Assembly (NCBI RefSeq): GCF_035594765.1
Contig: NC_085841.1
Location: 191,441,574-191,505,573 of the forward strand
Direction of reading: 5' to 3'
DNA from: Anolis carolinensis
Taxonomy: Eukaryota
DNA length: 64,000 nt
Shown: positions 11,840 to 24,674 of the stretch, piece by piece
How positions within the stretch are numbered: the first letter of the stretch is position 1
How the letters are laid out: each line of letters opens with the position of its first letter
Position numbers and translations under genes: made by a program
The notes under the pieces: model-generated
Seen by the model: only the letters and a program-made list of their open reading frames with translations
Told to the model about the DNA's origin: nothing
The model's database searches: none

Positions 11840-13058
11840 CCAAAGACAGAGTATGACACAGCAAAGAGATATATATGCTGGATTTCGTATCACAGAGTCA
11901 CAAGTTGAACATTTCCCAAGCATCTAGGACTGTGTGATGTATTTTCGGATGATGCGCACAGATCCCAGTAAGGTGGCCTTCTGCAGTTGACAGATCGTAA
12001 TTTTGTCTATTATTTCCAAATGACGGCTGAGATCTTTTGGCGCAGCACCCAGTGCGCCAACTACCACTGGGACCGCCTATACTGGTTTATGCTAGAGCCT
12101 TTGCAGTTGGATTTTGAGGTTCTGATAACAGTTGAGGTTTTCTTGTTGTTTTTCATCAATTCGACTGTCACCAGGTATGGCGGCATCAATAATCCCAACT
12201 TTTTTCTTTTCCGTGAGGTTTGGTGTATTGTGTTTCAAAACTTTGTCAGTCCCACAGTATTTTGTGTGTTCATTTTCCACACCTTTGCAGGTTTGTGATC
12301 CCACCAGTTCTTTACTACTGGCAGATGGTACTTGTGGCATAAGTTCCAATGAATCATTTGGGCCACATAGTTGTGCCTGTTTGTTGTCTGTCTGTGCAAT
12401 TTTCTTACAGCAGCTGAGGATATGATCAATGGTTTCATCAGCTTCCTTGCACAGTCTGCACTTTGAGTCATTATCTGATTTCTTTTATCTTAGCCTTAAT
12501 TGCATTTGTTCTGATGGCTTGCTCCTGAGCTGCAATAATCAGGCCTTCTGTCTCCTTCTTCAGTGTTCCATTGGTGAGCCATAACCAGGTCTTCTCCTTA
12601 TCAACTTTTCCTTCAGTTTTGTCAAGAAACTGTCCATGCAATGTTTTGTTGTGCCAGCTGTCAGCTCTAGTTTGTAGTGCAGTTTTCTTGTACTGATTCT
12701 TTGTCTGCTGTGCTTTGAGAAGTTTCCAATTATTGACTTCAATCAAAGCAGGTTCTTCACTTTCCTTTACATATTTTGCCAGTGCATGTTTTTCTTTTTC
12801 GACTGCTTGATTTACTTGTAAAAGTTCTCTGTCACCAGACCTTCTAGGCAGATATAGCCGGTCAACATCACTGTGAGGATGCAGTGAATGATGAATGGTC
12901 ATGAGTTTTCTTGTTTTTCTGTCCAAATTGTCCAGTTCCACCTGCATCCAGTTTATGATGCCAGCAGTATATCTTATGACAGGTATGGCCCAGGTGTTTA
13001 TGGCCTTGATGGTATTGCCTCCATTGAGCTTGCTTTAGAGAATTTTTCTGACCCTTTG
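11838..13058 (-). mobile_element. 5'-truncated R4/Dong-clade non-LTR retrotransposon inserted in (TAA)n
   Basis: ORF pieces LDRKTRKLMT..RLYLPR..HGQFL..ETEGLIIAAQEQAIRT, a CCHC-like region and an RLE-like region; (TTA)n on both flanks. Confidence 0.88.
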
Positions 13059-13204
13059 ACTATATTCTTTGTTGATCACAGTTTTTACATTTTCATGTTT
13101 GTTATTGTTATTATTATTATTATTATTATTAGTAGTAGTAGTAGTAGTAATAGTAGTAGTAGTAGTTATTTATAAAGTACATCTCGGACGAATGGAATTA
13201 ATAA

Positions 13205-13366
13205 TATATATGTTTTTAAGGTTTTTATAATGTGTTTTAACAATGTTATTAATGGATCTGTTTATATTGTTTTGTTTTTATGATTGTATTTTGGGCATTA
13301 AATTTTGCCAATTTTTGTAAGCCGCCCTAAGTCCCCTCGGGTGAGAAGGGCAAGGTATAAATGTTG

Positions 13367-13397
<31 letters not shown>
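13205..13397 (+). mobile_element. L2-type LINE 3' tail
   Basis: tgtaagccgccctaagtcccctcgggtgagaagggc..(taaa)n; similar tails near 11750, 33240 and 42940. Confidence 0.65.
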
Positions 13398-13398
<1 letters not shown>

Positions 13399-13643
13399 AC
13401 ATTTTCTAACATAACAAAAAAAGGAGGGCTGAGGGGCCAAAATGGATTAATGGCATTCCAGTGGGAAAAATCATTTTGAGATAAGAATATTTTGAATTAA
13501 GAGCTTGGTCGTGGAAAGAATCAAACTCTTAAGTCAAGGTATCACTGTAAATGGGTGCAAGATGTAGTCAAGTACAGATGACTGAATGGGGCCTTTTCCG
13601 GGGATACCATTAACAAGATGTGCTTTGACCCATCTCTTCTTAG

Positions 13644-13777
13644 GACCAGCATCCTGTTCCAGAGATACTCTAAACGGAGACCTGGCACCTCCAGCAGTCC
13701 TTCCTGAAACCTCCTTACCATTATGCGATTCTAAAAAAGAACCAGAGCTTGAAGAGACTCTTCCGCCTACTTTCTGA
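13644..13777 (+). CDS. PLEKHA3: PLEKHA3 last coding exon, (R)PASCSRDTLNGDLAPPAVLPETSLPLCDSKKEPELEETLPPTF*
   Basis: ctcttcttag acceptor; phase-1 join to the 2790 donor gives AGA; TLNGDLA motif as in the human C-terminus; synteny tail-to-tail with TTN as in mammals. Confidence 0.9.
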
Positions 13778-14993
13778 AGACACGAAGGGAACAACTTTCT
13801 CTATGTACCGCTATGCAAACACTGCTGGGATTATGTGGCTGTGGGGGAGTGGTTCTTGTGAGAAGGATTTCTCTGCACTTTATAGAGTCATGTAAAATGA
13901 AACAAAAAAAACCTTTGAAGTGTATTTTATCTTTATATAGTTTATTCGCAAGAGTATTTTCCTAAAACAAACAAAAAAATCAGTTTGTGCGTTTTTACTA
14001 GATAGGTATGTACCTTTGTAAACGTCGCTCTTCTTTTTACAAAGTGGGATAGTCTAAACCTTGATATAAAGGTTTCAGATTTGGATCAGGGGCAGCTTGT
14101 GCCATAGTTAGGGCTGATGATATGATGACATAGTAATAGTTCTGTCAGTTATATTATTTTTTAAAATTTTTGGTACAAATCCATGTCTCACTGAACTCAG
14201 TGGCAATGCTACTATTTTCTTTTTTTATGACACATTGTATTTTGGTGGTACTTTCCCATGCATTGAAATTGAGACTGTATTTCTAAAGTTATGGCTTGTT
14301 GGTGATTATTGTTTCTCTCTTTTTAAAAGCAGCAGTGTACAAAAGTTCGCTATCTGGAATTTCAGTGCACCTTAATTTTTTTTTCATTTCCATGGGACAA
14401 GTGTAGGCTAAGGGTACAGTTCAACCAAAAACAAGCACCTTTTACATCAGTTGGATTTAATGAGATCATTTTTTTATACAGTGAAGTAAGTGGAAATTTG
14501 TTTAGCTGTATGTAAATCTTGCCCTTAAATGCTTGAATTCTCGAATTTTTCTTTCAACTCCTGTATTTTTCCAAATTGCACTCAGAACCAAGTCAATCAA
14601 AAATAATGGATAAAATGTGCAGTATTTTTTAAAAAGAAAGAATATAAATTATGTGATCACAAAGCATTCTACAACACGTGTGTAAAGATATTTTTACATT
14701 TTAAAATGTATTCTTTTTGCATACTAGTCATTTGTTGGGATGTGGAGCAGATATGTGGAGACAGGCTTAGTTCTTGTTGGAGTAGGTTTTCATAAACAAA
14801 TACACTCCTATCAATGTTTGTTTTGTTTAAGACTTCTGGGAATCATTCAACCAAAGCGAAGCATTTCATAATCTAGTGGGTTTTACTGGAAGATTAAAGT
14901 ATAGGTGTATCTTCTCCTGTTCACACAATGAGACTAAGGAGCACCTATCTTTGGCTGGATTCTGCTCTTTTAGTTAAACTATGCTTGTTTTTT

Positions 14994-15499
14994 GTGTTGT
15001 CGAAAGCTTTCGTGACCGGAATCACTGGTCTGCTGTGAATTTTCCAGGCTGCACGGCAACGTTCCAGAAGCATTATCTCCTGATGTTTTGCCCCCATCTA
15101 TTACAAGCATCCTCAGAGATGGTGAGGTCTGTTGGAAACTAGGCAAGTGGGGTTTATATATCTGTGGAAGGTCCAGGGAGGGAGAAGGAACTGTTGTCTG
15201 CAAGTGTGAATGTTGCAATTGGCCACCTTGATTAACATTGAATGGCCTTGCAGCTTCAAAGCCTGGCTGCTTCCTGCCTGGGGGAATCCTTTGTTGGGAG
15301 GTGTTAGCTGGCCCTGATTGTTTCATATCTGGAATTGCCTCCAACAGACAAGAGTTCTTTCTCCCACCTTGGACATTCCATAGATATATTTTCAACAGAC
15401 CTCACAACCTCTGAGGCTGCCTGTCATAGATGTGGGCGAAACGTCAGGAAAAAATGCTTCTGAAACATGGCCATACAACCCAGAAAACTCACAGCAACC
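14994..15499 (-). mobile_element. Penelope-like element fragment with inverted pseudo-LTR, in the probable PLEKHA3 3'UTR
   Basis: TSD ctatgcttgtttttt on both sides; arm ~15030-15133 is the inverse of ~15392-15499; same family as 30500-31110. Confidence 0.85.
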
Positions 15500-16066
15500 C
15501 TATGCTTGTTTTTTTGTTTTTTTGCCAATTTATTAATTTAACACTGGTTTCTAAGATCTGCTCTTAAGCTGAGATTGTAATGTATTCATATTTGCTGCTG
15601 CATATTTATTTATGACATATTTATACCAAAGGAGGGCAGTGGTTTTTATCGTTGTGAATCCTGTAACTTGGAAAATACCCTTCATATACAGCAACATTCT
15701 TCTTGCAAATCCAGTGTCAAATCTGAATGTGTCTCTAACAGAGCTGAGAACTGAGCTGTGACTAGAGAATGAACCATTTAATCTTGCCACCTCTTCTTGT
15801 TCTTTATGGGCCTCATTCAGCAGAAATCTTTTCCATGCAGGCTCTATTTATTTTGTGGGGTTTCTTTATTTTCTGAAGCTTTTTTGTTGCAAGAGCAAAG
15901 ATAACATAGGCAGCTCAGCTATGAGCAAGGTTTGCACAGATGTTTTCAGACAGATTGTGCCCAAAGTTCTTAGTGTTTCGAAATGTATTTTTGTTTGTTT
16001 GTTTGTTTTTGTATAAACTTTGGGATATATTTGGTATATGTCTTGACCATGAAGCACTTTTTAAAA

Positions 16067-16130
16067 AATAAAATAAAATAAACAACCTTTTCTTTTACAA
16101 AAGAGGTTACTTAAGTGTTTGGTAAATAAA
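16067..16130 (+). terminator. PLEKHA3: Probable PLEKHA3 polyadenylation signals (AATAAA cluster)
   Basis: First canonical AATAAA hexamers seen downstream of the stop (overlapping run ~16067-16082 and ~16125), followed by T/GT-rich sequence; an ATTAAA near 14893 is an alternative. Confidence 0.55.
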
Positions 16131-16747
16131 TCCAGTTTTTACACGGAATCATGCAGAATTCTTTGTTTTTGGTCATATCTTTCACTTTAGGGTATACATA
16201 GACACTGTAGTTTTAGTTTACAAAACATAATCGAGGAACAGATAATGTTTGACCCTCCATATGCTTTAGGGTCCACTGCTATTTAATCATATTGGGTGGT
16301 ATTGATGGAAAGTGAAGGGGAAAACATGACTGTATTATTTTCATATTTATTTATATCCCGCTTTCCTCTCTGAAAAGAGACTCAAAGCGACTAAACATCT
16401 GGACAAAGTTTTGTGACCATGGAGTATATAAATAGCTATACAAATGAAACTTTTTTTTGACTATCAGATGGTTAAATCCATGGATATTGTACCACAGCAA
16501 TAAGAATTAGGGCATGCCTAACTTCCAAGTACATACAAATCAAACTGCTTAGGTAAGATACAGTGGCACTAAGTATCTGCTAGAGTTTGATTTCAAGACC
16601 CACAGTGGATACCAAATCCCATGATATTCAAAGATTTAGTAAAATGATGTCCTTTATATAAAATGGATGGAAAAGTCAAGGTTTAAGAGATGTAGATATT
16701 CAAGTTGTGGATGGTTGGATACAGAAGGTCCATCCTATTACATGCCA

Positions 16748-18080
16748 AACACAGTGAATGGCAGTGCTCTCTGGACCATCCTCCAAAAAATCGCATTCCC
16801 TGACAAATTTGTGAGCATCCTGTGGCTCCTCCGTGATGACATGATGGCAACAGTCTTAGACAGCAATGGCTCCCAAAGTGACCCATTTAAGGTGGAATCA
16901 GGTGTCAAACAGGGATGTGTTATTGCCCCAACCTTATTCTCCATCTTTATCGCTATGATACTTCATCTTGTTGATGGGAAGCTTCTCACCGGAATGGAAA
17001 TAATCTATCGGACTGATGGCAAGTTATTTAACCTCAGCAGACTGAAAGCCAAAACCAAGGTCACAACAACAACCGTTTTAGAACTGATAACGTAGTCTGT
17101 ACGCATTCAGAAGAAGACCTACAAACCACTCTAAACACCTTTGCAGAAGTATACGAGAAGCTCAGCCTCTCATTGAACATCGAAAAAACCAAAGGGCTCT
17201 TCCAGCAGGCACCAGCCAACCCCTCTGCTAACCAGAAATACAGCTTAATGGTATAACACTAGAAAATGTAGACCATTTCTGCTACCTTGGCAGCCACCTC
17301 TCCACAAAATTCAACATTGACATTGAAAATACAACACTGTGTGATCTCTGTGCATGCAGCATTTTTCACAATGAAGCAGAGAGTGTTTGAGGATCAGGAC
17401 ATCCATAGGGAGACCAAGGTGCTTGTTTATAAAGCTACTGTCCTCCCAATTCTGTTATACGCTTGCAAAACGTGGACTGTCTACAGATGTCACACTCAAC
17501 TCCTGGAATGATTCCATCAGCGTTGCCTCAGGAGAATCCTGCCAATCTCTTGGGCAGACAGGCGGACAAATGCCAGCGTGCTGGAAGAAGCAAAGACCAC
17601 CAGCATTGAAGCGATGCTGTTATGCCATCAACTCTGCTGGACTGGCCACATTGTACAAATGCCTGATCACCGTCTCCCAAAGCAGTTACTAGACTCCCAA
17701 CTCAAGAACAGGAAACTGAATGTTGGTGAACAGGAAAAGAGATTGAAAGATGGGCTTAAAGCCAACCTTAAAAACTGTGGCATAGACATCGAGAACTGGG
17801 AAGCCCTGACCCTTGAGTGCTCTAACTGAAGGTCAGCTGTGAACAGCAGAGCTGTGGAATTTGAATAGAGGGCAAAAGGGAGAAATGTGCAGAGAGGAAG
17901 GTGCATCAAGCCAAGTCTGACCAGCACCGCTTTCTGTCTGGAAACCCATGTCTTCATTGTGGAAGAACATGTGGGTCAAGAATAGGGTTCCACAGCCACC
18001 TACGTACCCACCGCCAGAACACTACACCTCGAAGACAGTCATCCGCGGACAACAAGGGATCGCCTAAGTAAAGTAAGATA
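16748..18080 (+). mobile_element. 5'-truncated, decayed RTE-clade LINE (RT C-terminal half plus zinc finger)
   Basis: SGVKQGCVIAPTLFSIF, LWTILQKI..P, RLPKQLL motifs; frameshifts and stops; taag-repeat tail. Confidence 0.9.
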
Positions 18081-18504
18081 TTAATTCAGAACAATATAAA
18101 CAACAATCATCCAAATGCCACAACAGTAAAACAAAATGAAAGAAGTAGATAGACCATCAGCAGAAAATATCATCCCAAGTCAGCAATTGAGATCAAAGTG
18201 CTTATAAAAATCATCTGGTTAATTCTTGCAGACTGTGCTACTGCTGCACCTCAAGAAAAAAACAGATTAACATAACTGAAAACCTTTCCAGCTTATCTAA
18301 CCAGGCTTAATTTGTGTGTGGATATCTTGCTCCCTGTAGGCTTGAAACTATGTGTCCTGCTGCACTGGAATAGCTAGATGTGTCCTTGCTGATTTCCTTG
18401 GTCATATTTGGCAGATGGTTGTACTGTTTACAAAGTGAAGATTTAGCGATGGCGCTGTAGTAATGTCCTGGTGCAGGACTGGGAGCTCAATTTGAAAATA
18501 TACA

Positions 18505-18625
18505 GAGGCTGGATGGTCATCTGTCAGGGGTGCTTTGAATGTGATTTTCCTGCTTCTTGGCAGAGGGTTGGACTGGATGGCTCATGAGGTCTCTTCCAAC
18601 TCTATTATTCTACTATGATTCTATG
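18505..18625 (+). mobile_element. CR1 LINE 3' end
   Basis: gggttggactggatgg..gaggtctcttccaactct followed by an (attctatg)-type tail. Confidence 0.8.
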
Positions 18626-18707
18626 AAACAACTTCCAAAAATATTTGTAAATGACAGGGACAGGGAGGAGAAGGGGGGCTGTTACCTATACATCCCAGTG
18701 CAATATG

Positions 18708-19593
18708 TGTTGCGTATTGTAGATGGTAATAAATGGAAGTTTTATGTCTGCTTCTGAACCAAAAGTCACCCTGCAGTTTTTTTAATAACATGCCACTCAG
18801 GTTTGTGAAAGAAGTAACAGGAACTTTACTTAACTTCAAGAGATCAAACAGAGCAATAACATATACAACAGTCTCTCTGATTGCTTAAAGAGAATAGAGG
18901 GAATGAACAATTCTTTCAAATAATCCTTAAATATGCCTCAATGTCTTAGAAATAACAAGGCTTTAGAGAGTCAGCAGCCATCTTATCTTTATACAGCAAT
19001 CTCTTTCCCTCACTGAGGTAAAAGATGCACAAACCGGTTCCCTCAGGAGTATGGCAGAGAAAGTGGCCAATCAGATACTCAGCTCTTCACAAGCTCAGCC
19101 AATCAGCTACTTACACATACTCTTCCAGTTAACCCATTACATCATGGTGTCTTTTTACAAACCCCAACAATATGTTGCCTGGTACAGCTAATGGAGGGAG
19201 TGGACTTCTCTCCCTGACAGGTCAACATTACGCCCCCTGATTGATCTCTAGCTGAACTCTAGTTATTTCTAACTTGCTGCAAGCCGCTTTCAGAGTGCCT
19301 TAGATAGGAAAAGGCTGAGACATGCATATATATGTCCCATGCATGTAGAAAAGGTAAAATGAGCTTTTTATGACATGTAAAGTGACATAGTGATGATGAT
19401 ACGTATGTAGAAGTAAGTTCTTTGTCAGTATCCTGAAAATGTATAAATAAAGGAGGACAGCTCTTCGTCCTACTCTAGTGCCTTTTGGAGCAATCCACGC
19501 TAGAGTCAGTTCCAGTTGGTTTTCCTTAAAATAAACCATTCCTTTTTTAAGCCTCCCCAAAGGATTTATTTTGTATATTATTACTCCACAACA
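18708..19593 (+). mobile_element. Putative solo LTR
   Basis: TGTTG..CAACA termini; two CCAATCAG boxes (~19067, ~19099), TATAAA ~19442 and AATAAA ~19530 in U3-R-U5 order; no clear TSD. Confidence 0.45.
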
Positions 19594-19728
19594 CCTCTTT
19601 CCTCAAGCCCCTGGTGATGTACCTTCACTCCCTTGATGATCCTCTATGGCTGAGGCCCACATAGGCGTTCCAGGAACAGGGGAGGCAGAAATAGCTGCAT
19701 CCTGCTTTCTCTTTCCCCATGTAAATCT

Positions 19729-22570
19729 AAAAAACCCATAGCCCAGAATTCCTGTCTTCTATATCTTACCTAAAATAGATAAAGGTGTCATACCCCCTCC
19801 AGGCAGACCTAATGTATCAGGCACATCTTCAATTTTAGAACCACTGGCAAAATATTTAGATTTTTTTCTTCAGCCTTTTGTCTCCAAAACTCAAGCCTAC
19901 TTCAAAGACACCACTCACTTCATCAATATTATTGAATCTTTACACATTCCGAAACACTCTCCTCTCATGACCCTGGACATTATATACCAATATCCCTTTA
20001 AATGAGGCTAGAACTATCGTAAAAGATATTTTTGAGTCTAGAACATCACAAACACCACCTACACATTTCCTTATGGATCTCCTCGATATAGTTTTGGAAA
20101 ATAATAATTTTAGATTTGATGCGCAGTTTTATTTGCAGATCTGGGGGATAGCCATGGGAAGTCCAATGGCCCCCTCTTTAGCCAATTTGTTTGTTGCACA
20201 GCTAGAAATCGATTACATTTATAACCAAGAAAGGAATCCCTTTTTAAAATATATGATTTATTATGGGAGATATATAGATGATATATTCACGATTTTTTCT
20301 AGTTACCAGATAGCTGAACAATATAGTTCCTGGATCAACACCATTCACCCCAACATTAAATTTTCCAAAACCATTAAATCAACAGACATAAATTTCTTAG
20401 ATGTTTCTATACACCAAGATGAGAGGGGCCTGTATGTAAGTAATTACTCGAAACCAACTGACAAAAACTCAATTTTGCATTTCAATAGTTATCATCATTA
20501 TTCACTTAAAGCCAATGTGCCTTACTCTCAATTTCTCAGAATCCAAAGGAACAATAGCAAGCCAGATCATTATCTCTCAGCAGCCCATTCCCTCAACAGT
20601 AAACTTAAAGCTAGAGGCTATCCAGCTAAAGTACTACAACAGGCTTTTCAGAAGTCCCTACAAATTGATAGAAGTACATTATTGACATACAAACCCAAAC
20701 AACAACAGAACAGGATAATTTGTCCACTAACACTTACCACACAAACCCCACATATCCGCAGGATCATTAACAAACATTGGCACCTTATACGGGAGATCCC
20801 AGGATGCAAAGATACACCTATCATAGCCCACAAAAGATCTCAAAATTTAAAAGACATTCTTATTCATTCTGACTTTAAAAAATCCATTGTAGAATCCACA
20901 AGTATTACAACAGGGAGTTTTAAGTGCAGTCATTGTGATGTTTGTTGCCTCACATTTGACATTAAGCAGTTTTCCCATCCATTATTACACATCAAAATCA
21001 ATTTGAAAGACTTTATTACATGCTCAACGGAAAATGTAATCTATGTAATTCAGTGTCCTTGTGACTTGCTGTACATTGGGATGACCACTAGACCACTGAG
21101 AATCAGAATTCAAGAACATCGTTCAAAAATTAGAAGAGAAAGTCTAGATTCCACTTAATACACACATTTTCATGATAAATCTCACCCATATAACAGCTTT
21201 AAATTTTTTGCTCTAGAGAAGTTACATATTACTGCTTACAAAGACATTAGAACTGGTCTCCTCAGAAGAGAAACTTTTTGGATTCACAAACTGAGAACAA
21301 CCACCCTTATGGTTTAACGATAGACTAGACCTCAGCTGTTGCCTGTAATCATATATTTAAACCTTTAGAAAACCATGAATGATTGCTCACGCCATAGAAA
21401 CCACATTTCAGCATACTTATCTGCGAATCTGTAAGTAGTAACTACTATGCCTGGGTATGGAAAAATCTTTGTGTTGTAATTCTTAATATAGCATGCTTTG
21501 ATATGTCTATTTTCACTTGGTCTATATAAATTATATCTTGTATCTTATAAAGAGCACAATACTAGACCATTTCTTTTTATCTCTTAAAGATATACTGAAG
21601 CAGAGCCAACAATATACAAATTGAGCAGAGCCAACAATATACAAATTGAAAACTATTTGCTGCTTATCAATTGCCGCTTACCAGAAGAAGGACAGCTGAA
21701 ACGAGTAAACCCGGGAACCAGTAGTAAACGGACTATTTCAATCTACAGCCAGCTACTTAGAAACAGCATTCTGTTCTCCTAGCTGGGGAGCTATATACGG
21801 CTCATTTTGACCTACAGCTACTCAGAATCAACATCCATGTATAGTTTGTTCCCCAGATTTGGGATCTTACTCTTGATAAACTGAAGTTATTTCCAATAGA
21901 CTGTAATTTCAAGAGATATTGTATACACTTGATGGCATCAACACAGGATCTCAAAGAATCAAAAGAACTTTTGGTCAAGGTTTTTCTTCTAGAATAAGCC
22001 TTTTAACACCTGTGAAGTCTTTAAAGATATATTAACAAATATTATTTTGCAAAGGTTGAATGTGTTTATACTATGTTGGTTGCCAAATCCAATTAGAGTC
22101 TTCAGAAACTGTTTAAATAGTGGAGACTACTTGATCTGTTTTGACTCTAGTCCACATTTAAGCCTTGATGATTACAGTTTCCTTTAAACATTACAGTCTG
22201 GAAGATACTACTGTGTATTACAACAGTTGACTGTACTTATTATTTTCATTATTGTTGTTAACTCTCAGGTGAATATTGTGTGTACATAATGCTCTAAATT
22301 ACATATTGCATTTTATGTTTTGAACCTTTATAGTATTTGCTTATCTTTTTGACATAGAAAGAAGATAGCTCTGTACTCTGAGAGGCCTGACTATTTCTGT
22401 GGCCTTTGCATGATGCTTTTTAAAGTTTTGAACCTTTATAGTGTTTGCTTATCTCTTTGACGTGGTCCTTTTGTACCCCAGCCTCTGGAGGGAGGCAGGT
22501 GTTCTTGCTGGGCTTTGCATCGCAGAGTCACCCAGTCATAGGGCCAGGGCCTCAGTTCTGCAAGGAGTCA
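19729..22570 (+). mobile_element. Neptune-clade Penelope-like retroelement, 5'-truncated (RT plus GIY-YIG), with 3' region
   Basis: RT motifs GIAMGSPMAPSLANLF and RYIDDIF; CxxCxxC linker; NVIYVIQCPCDLLYIGMT..RIQEH GIY-YIG; frameshift ~19980, premature stop 21156, coding remnant ends ~21348; 3' boundary approximate. Confidence 0.88.
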
Positions 22571-23270
22571 GTTCCAGGAACAGGGGAGGCAGAAACAGCT
22601 GCATCCTGCTTTCTCTTTCCCCATGTGAATCCAGCCCTTCTTGTTTTAACATTGTCTTTCTCAAGTAGATAGTGAAGTAGCGAAAGAGGAGAGGTGCTTG
22701 TTTGAATTGAGGTTTTCTACCTAAGCAAGATCTCTGATTATCCAGGAAGTGATTATAGGAAGTGCATAGGAACTTTTCTTCAGAAGCATTTTGTCCATCT
22801 TAGGAAGGCACGGTTGGAAAAGGGATGATGCTAGACACCCCCCTTGCTTCCAAAATCAAAACTGTGGTAACACTTGAGTGGTTCTGTTTGTCTCTTGACC
22901 CAGCCCACAGTGGATTTGCACCAAACGTGGCACACTACCTACATGGCTAACATTGAATATTGGTGGGGTTGGGAGGGCTGTTTTTGAATTTTGGGAGTTG
23001 TAGTTCACCAACGCTCAGAGAGCACTCTGTACCAAACTGGTGATTGAACTAGTAACTTTGCCACACATACCCAACATATCAAACTTTGAATACTGGTGGA
23101 GTTTTGAGGGGACTGACCTCAGAGGTTGGGAGCTATAGTTCACTCATATTGACAGAGCAATGTGCACCCAATTAATGGATCTGGACCATACTTGGCACAA
23201 ATACCCTATATGACCAACTTTGAATACTGGTGGGGTTTGGGGGGACTGGGACTGACTCAACATGATGGTA

Positions 23271-23608
23271 CAGTAGAGTCTCGTTTATCCAACATAAACA
23301 GGCTGGCAGAACGTTGGATAAGTGAAAATGTTGGATAATGAGAGATTATGGAAAAGCCTATTAAACATCAAGTTTATGATTTTTACAAATTAAGCACCAA
23401 AACATCATGTTTTACAACAAATGGACAGAAAAAGCAGTTCAATACACGGTAGCGTTATGTAGTAATTACTGTATTTATGAATTTAACACCAAAACATTGC
23501 AATGTATTGAAAACATTGACTACAAAAACATTGACTACAAAAAGGCAGACTGCGTTGGATAATCCAGAACATTGGATAAGCGAAGGTTGGATAAGCAAGA
23601 CTCTACTG
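23271..23608. mobile_element. Tc1/mariner MITE
   Basis: TIR cagtagagtct..agactctactg with TA TSD; partial copies at ~8840-9035 and ~28960-29099. Confidence 0.9.
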
Positions 23609-23835
23609 TAATTGTAGTTCTCCTTGCATCCAGAAACCATGGACAGGCAGAGATATTTTCAGCCTTCTCTGCCAAAGGGGTTCCTAAAACCACCAGAAAT
23701 ATGTTCTCTCATTGTCTTTGGCGACTTCTCTGACACCCCCTCGCAACCACCTCAGGGGTCCCGACCCCCAGGGTGAGAAACACTGCATTAGAGTATTTAA
23801 AGAATCTTCTTCCCTGGGTGCTATAGCATTTCTTA

Positions 23836-23985
23836 GACCCCTTCTACACTGCCATATAATCCAGATTATCAAAGCGCATAATCCACATTATCTGTGTTGA
23901 ATTGGATTATCTGAATCTACACTACCATATATTTTGGTTTAAATCTGATAATCTGAATTTTATATGGCAGTGTATAAGGGGCCTT
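23836..23985. mobile_element. Palindromic MITE (PIF/Harbinger-like)
   Basis: ccccttctacactgccatata..tatatggcagtgtataagggg inverted arms. Confidence 0.7.
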
Positions 23986-24074
23986 AAAGGCACTGAAATT
24001 AGACCATCTATGAGATCATGAGTTTAAGAAGGTAGTCACTAGAGAAAGTGTATACAGCTTTTGTGCTGTATTAA

Positions 24075-24089
24075 TGCCACCTAGTGGTG
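24075..24089 (-). promoter_or_regulatory. Candidate CTCF site CACCACTAGGTGGCA
   Basis: Matches the CTCF core consensus CCASYAGRKGGCR; motif only, no binding data. Confidence 0.45.
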
Positions 24090-24674
24090 TGCACAGTATT
24101 TGTTCCATTTGTGTATTTGTTTAGTATCGTCCATTAAGATAAAAGACCCCATTTCATGTGGATCAAAATGCAACACGAAAGAGAAAGCTGCAGGATCATT
24201 GTGGCTTGCTTTCGTTTTCGTGCCACATGGCTTACCAAGACATTGCTTCCACATGCGTCAGAGGAGGAGGAGATTTTTGGCCAATCAGAGGCCAAGGAAA
24301 AGGTTGTGGCATAATGAAAAATCCAAATGTGTAGTCCATGCACTGCTTTGCCAGATAAAAAGAACAAATGGTTTATTCTCTTTAAACCCATAACAACATA
24401 TGTATAATGTGCTCAGTTGCACCAATTCACACAATGTCCTTTTATGTGGATCATCTTTCCTTTATCCATGTGGATCAATTGCTTTGAGCATCTCGTGAAA
24501 GAAGAGCACATTTCAAACTCTGTGTCTCTCTCTCTGCTTCTGCATCTGCTTAGCTCAAGCCTGAACAAAATTGCAACAGTATCAAAAATTCCCAGGCTTA
24601 ACCAGGTCTCCAGACATGGCTCAACCAATCAGCTTCATGCATCTTATTTTGCAGTTGCCCCCAAACCATCTCCA

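Noticed and set aside
20073-21158. Telomerase-like or host reverse transcriptase gene
   Set aside because: RT followed by GIY-YIG, 5'-truncated with a frameshift and premature stop: a Neptune/Penelope retroelement.
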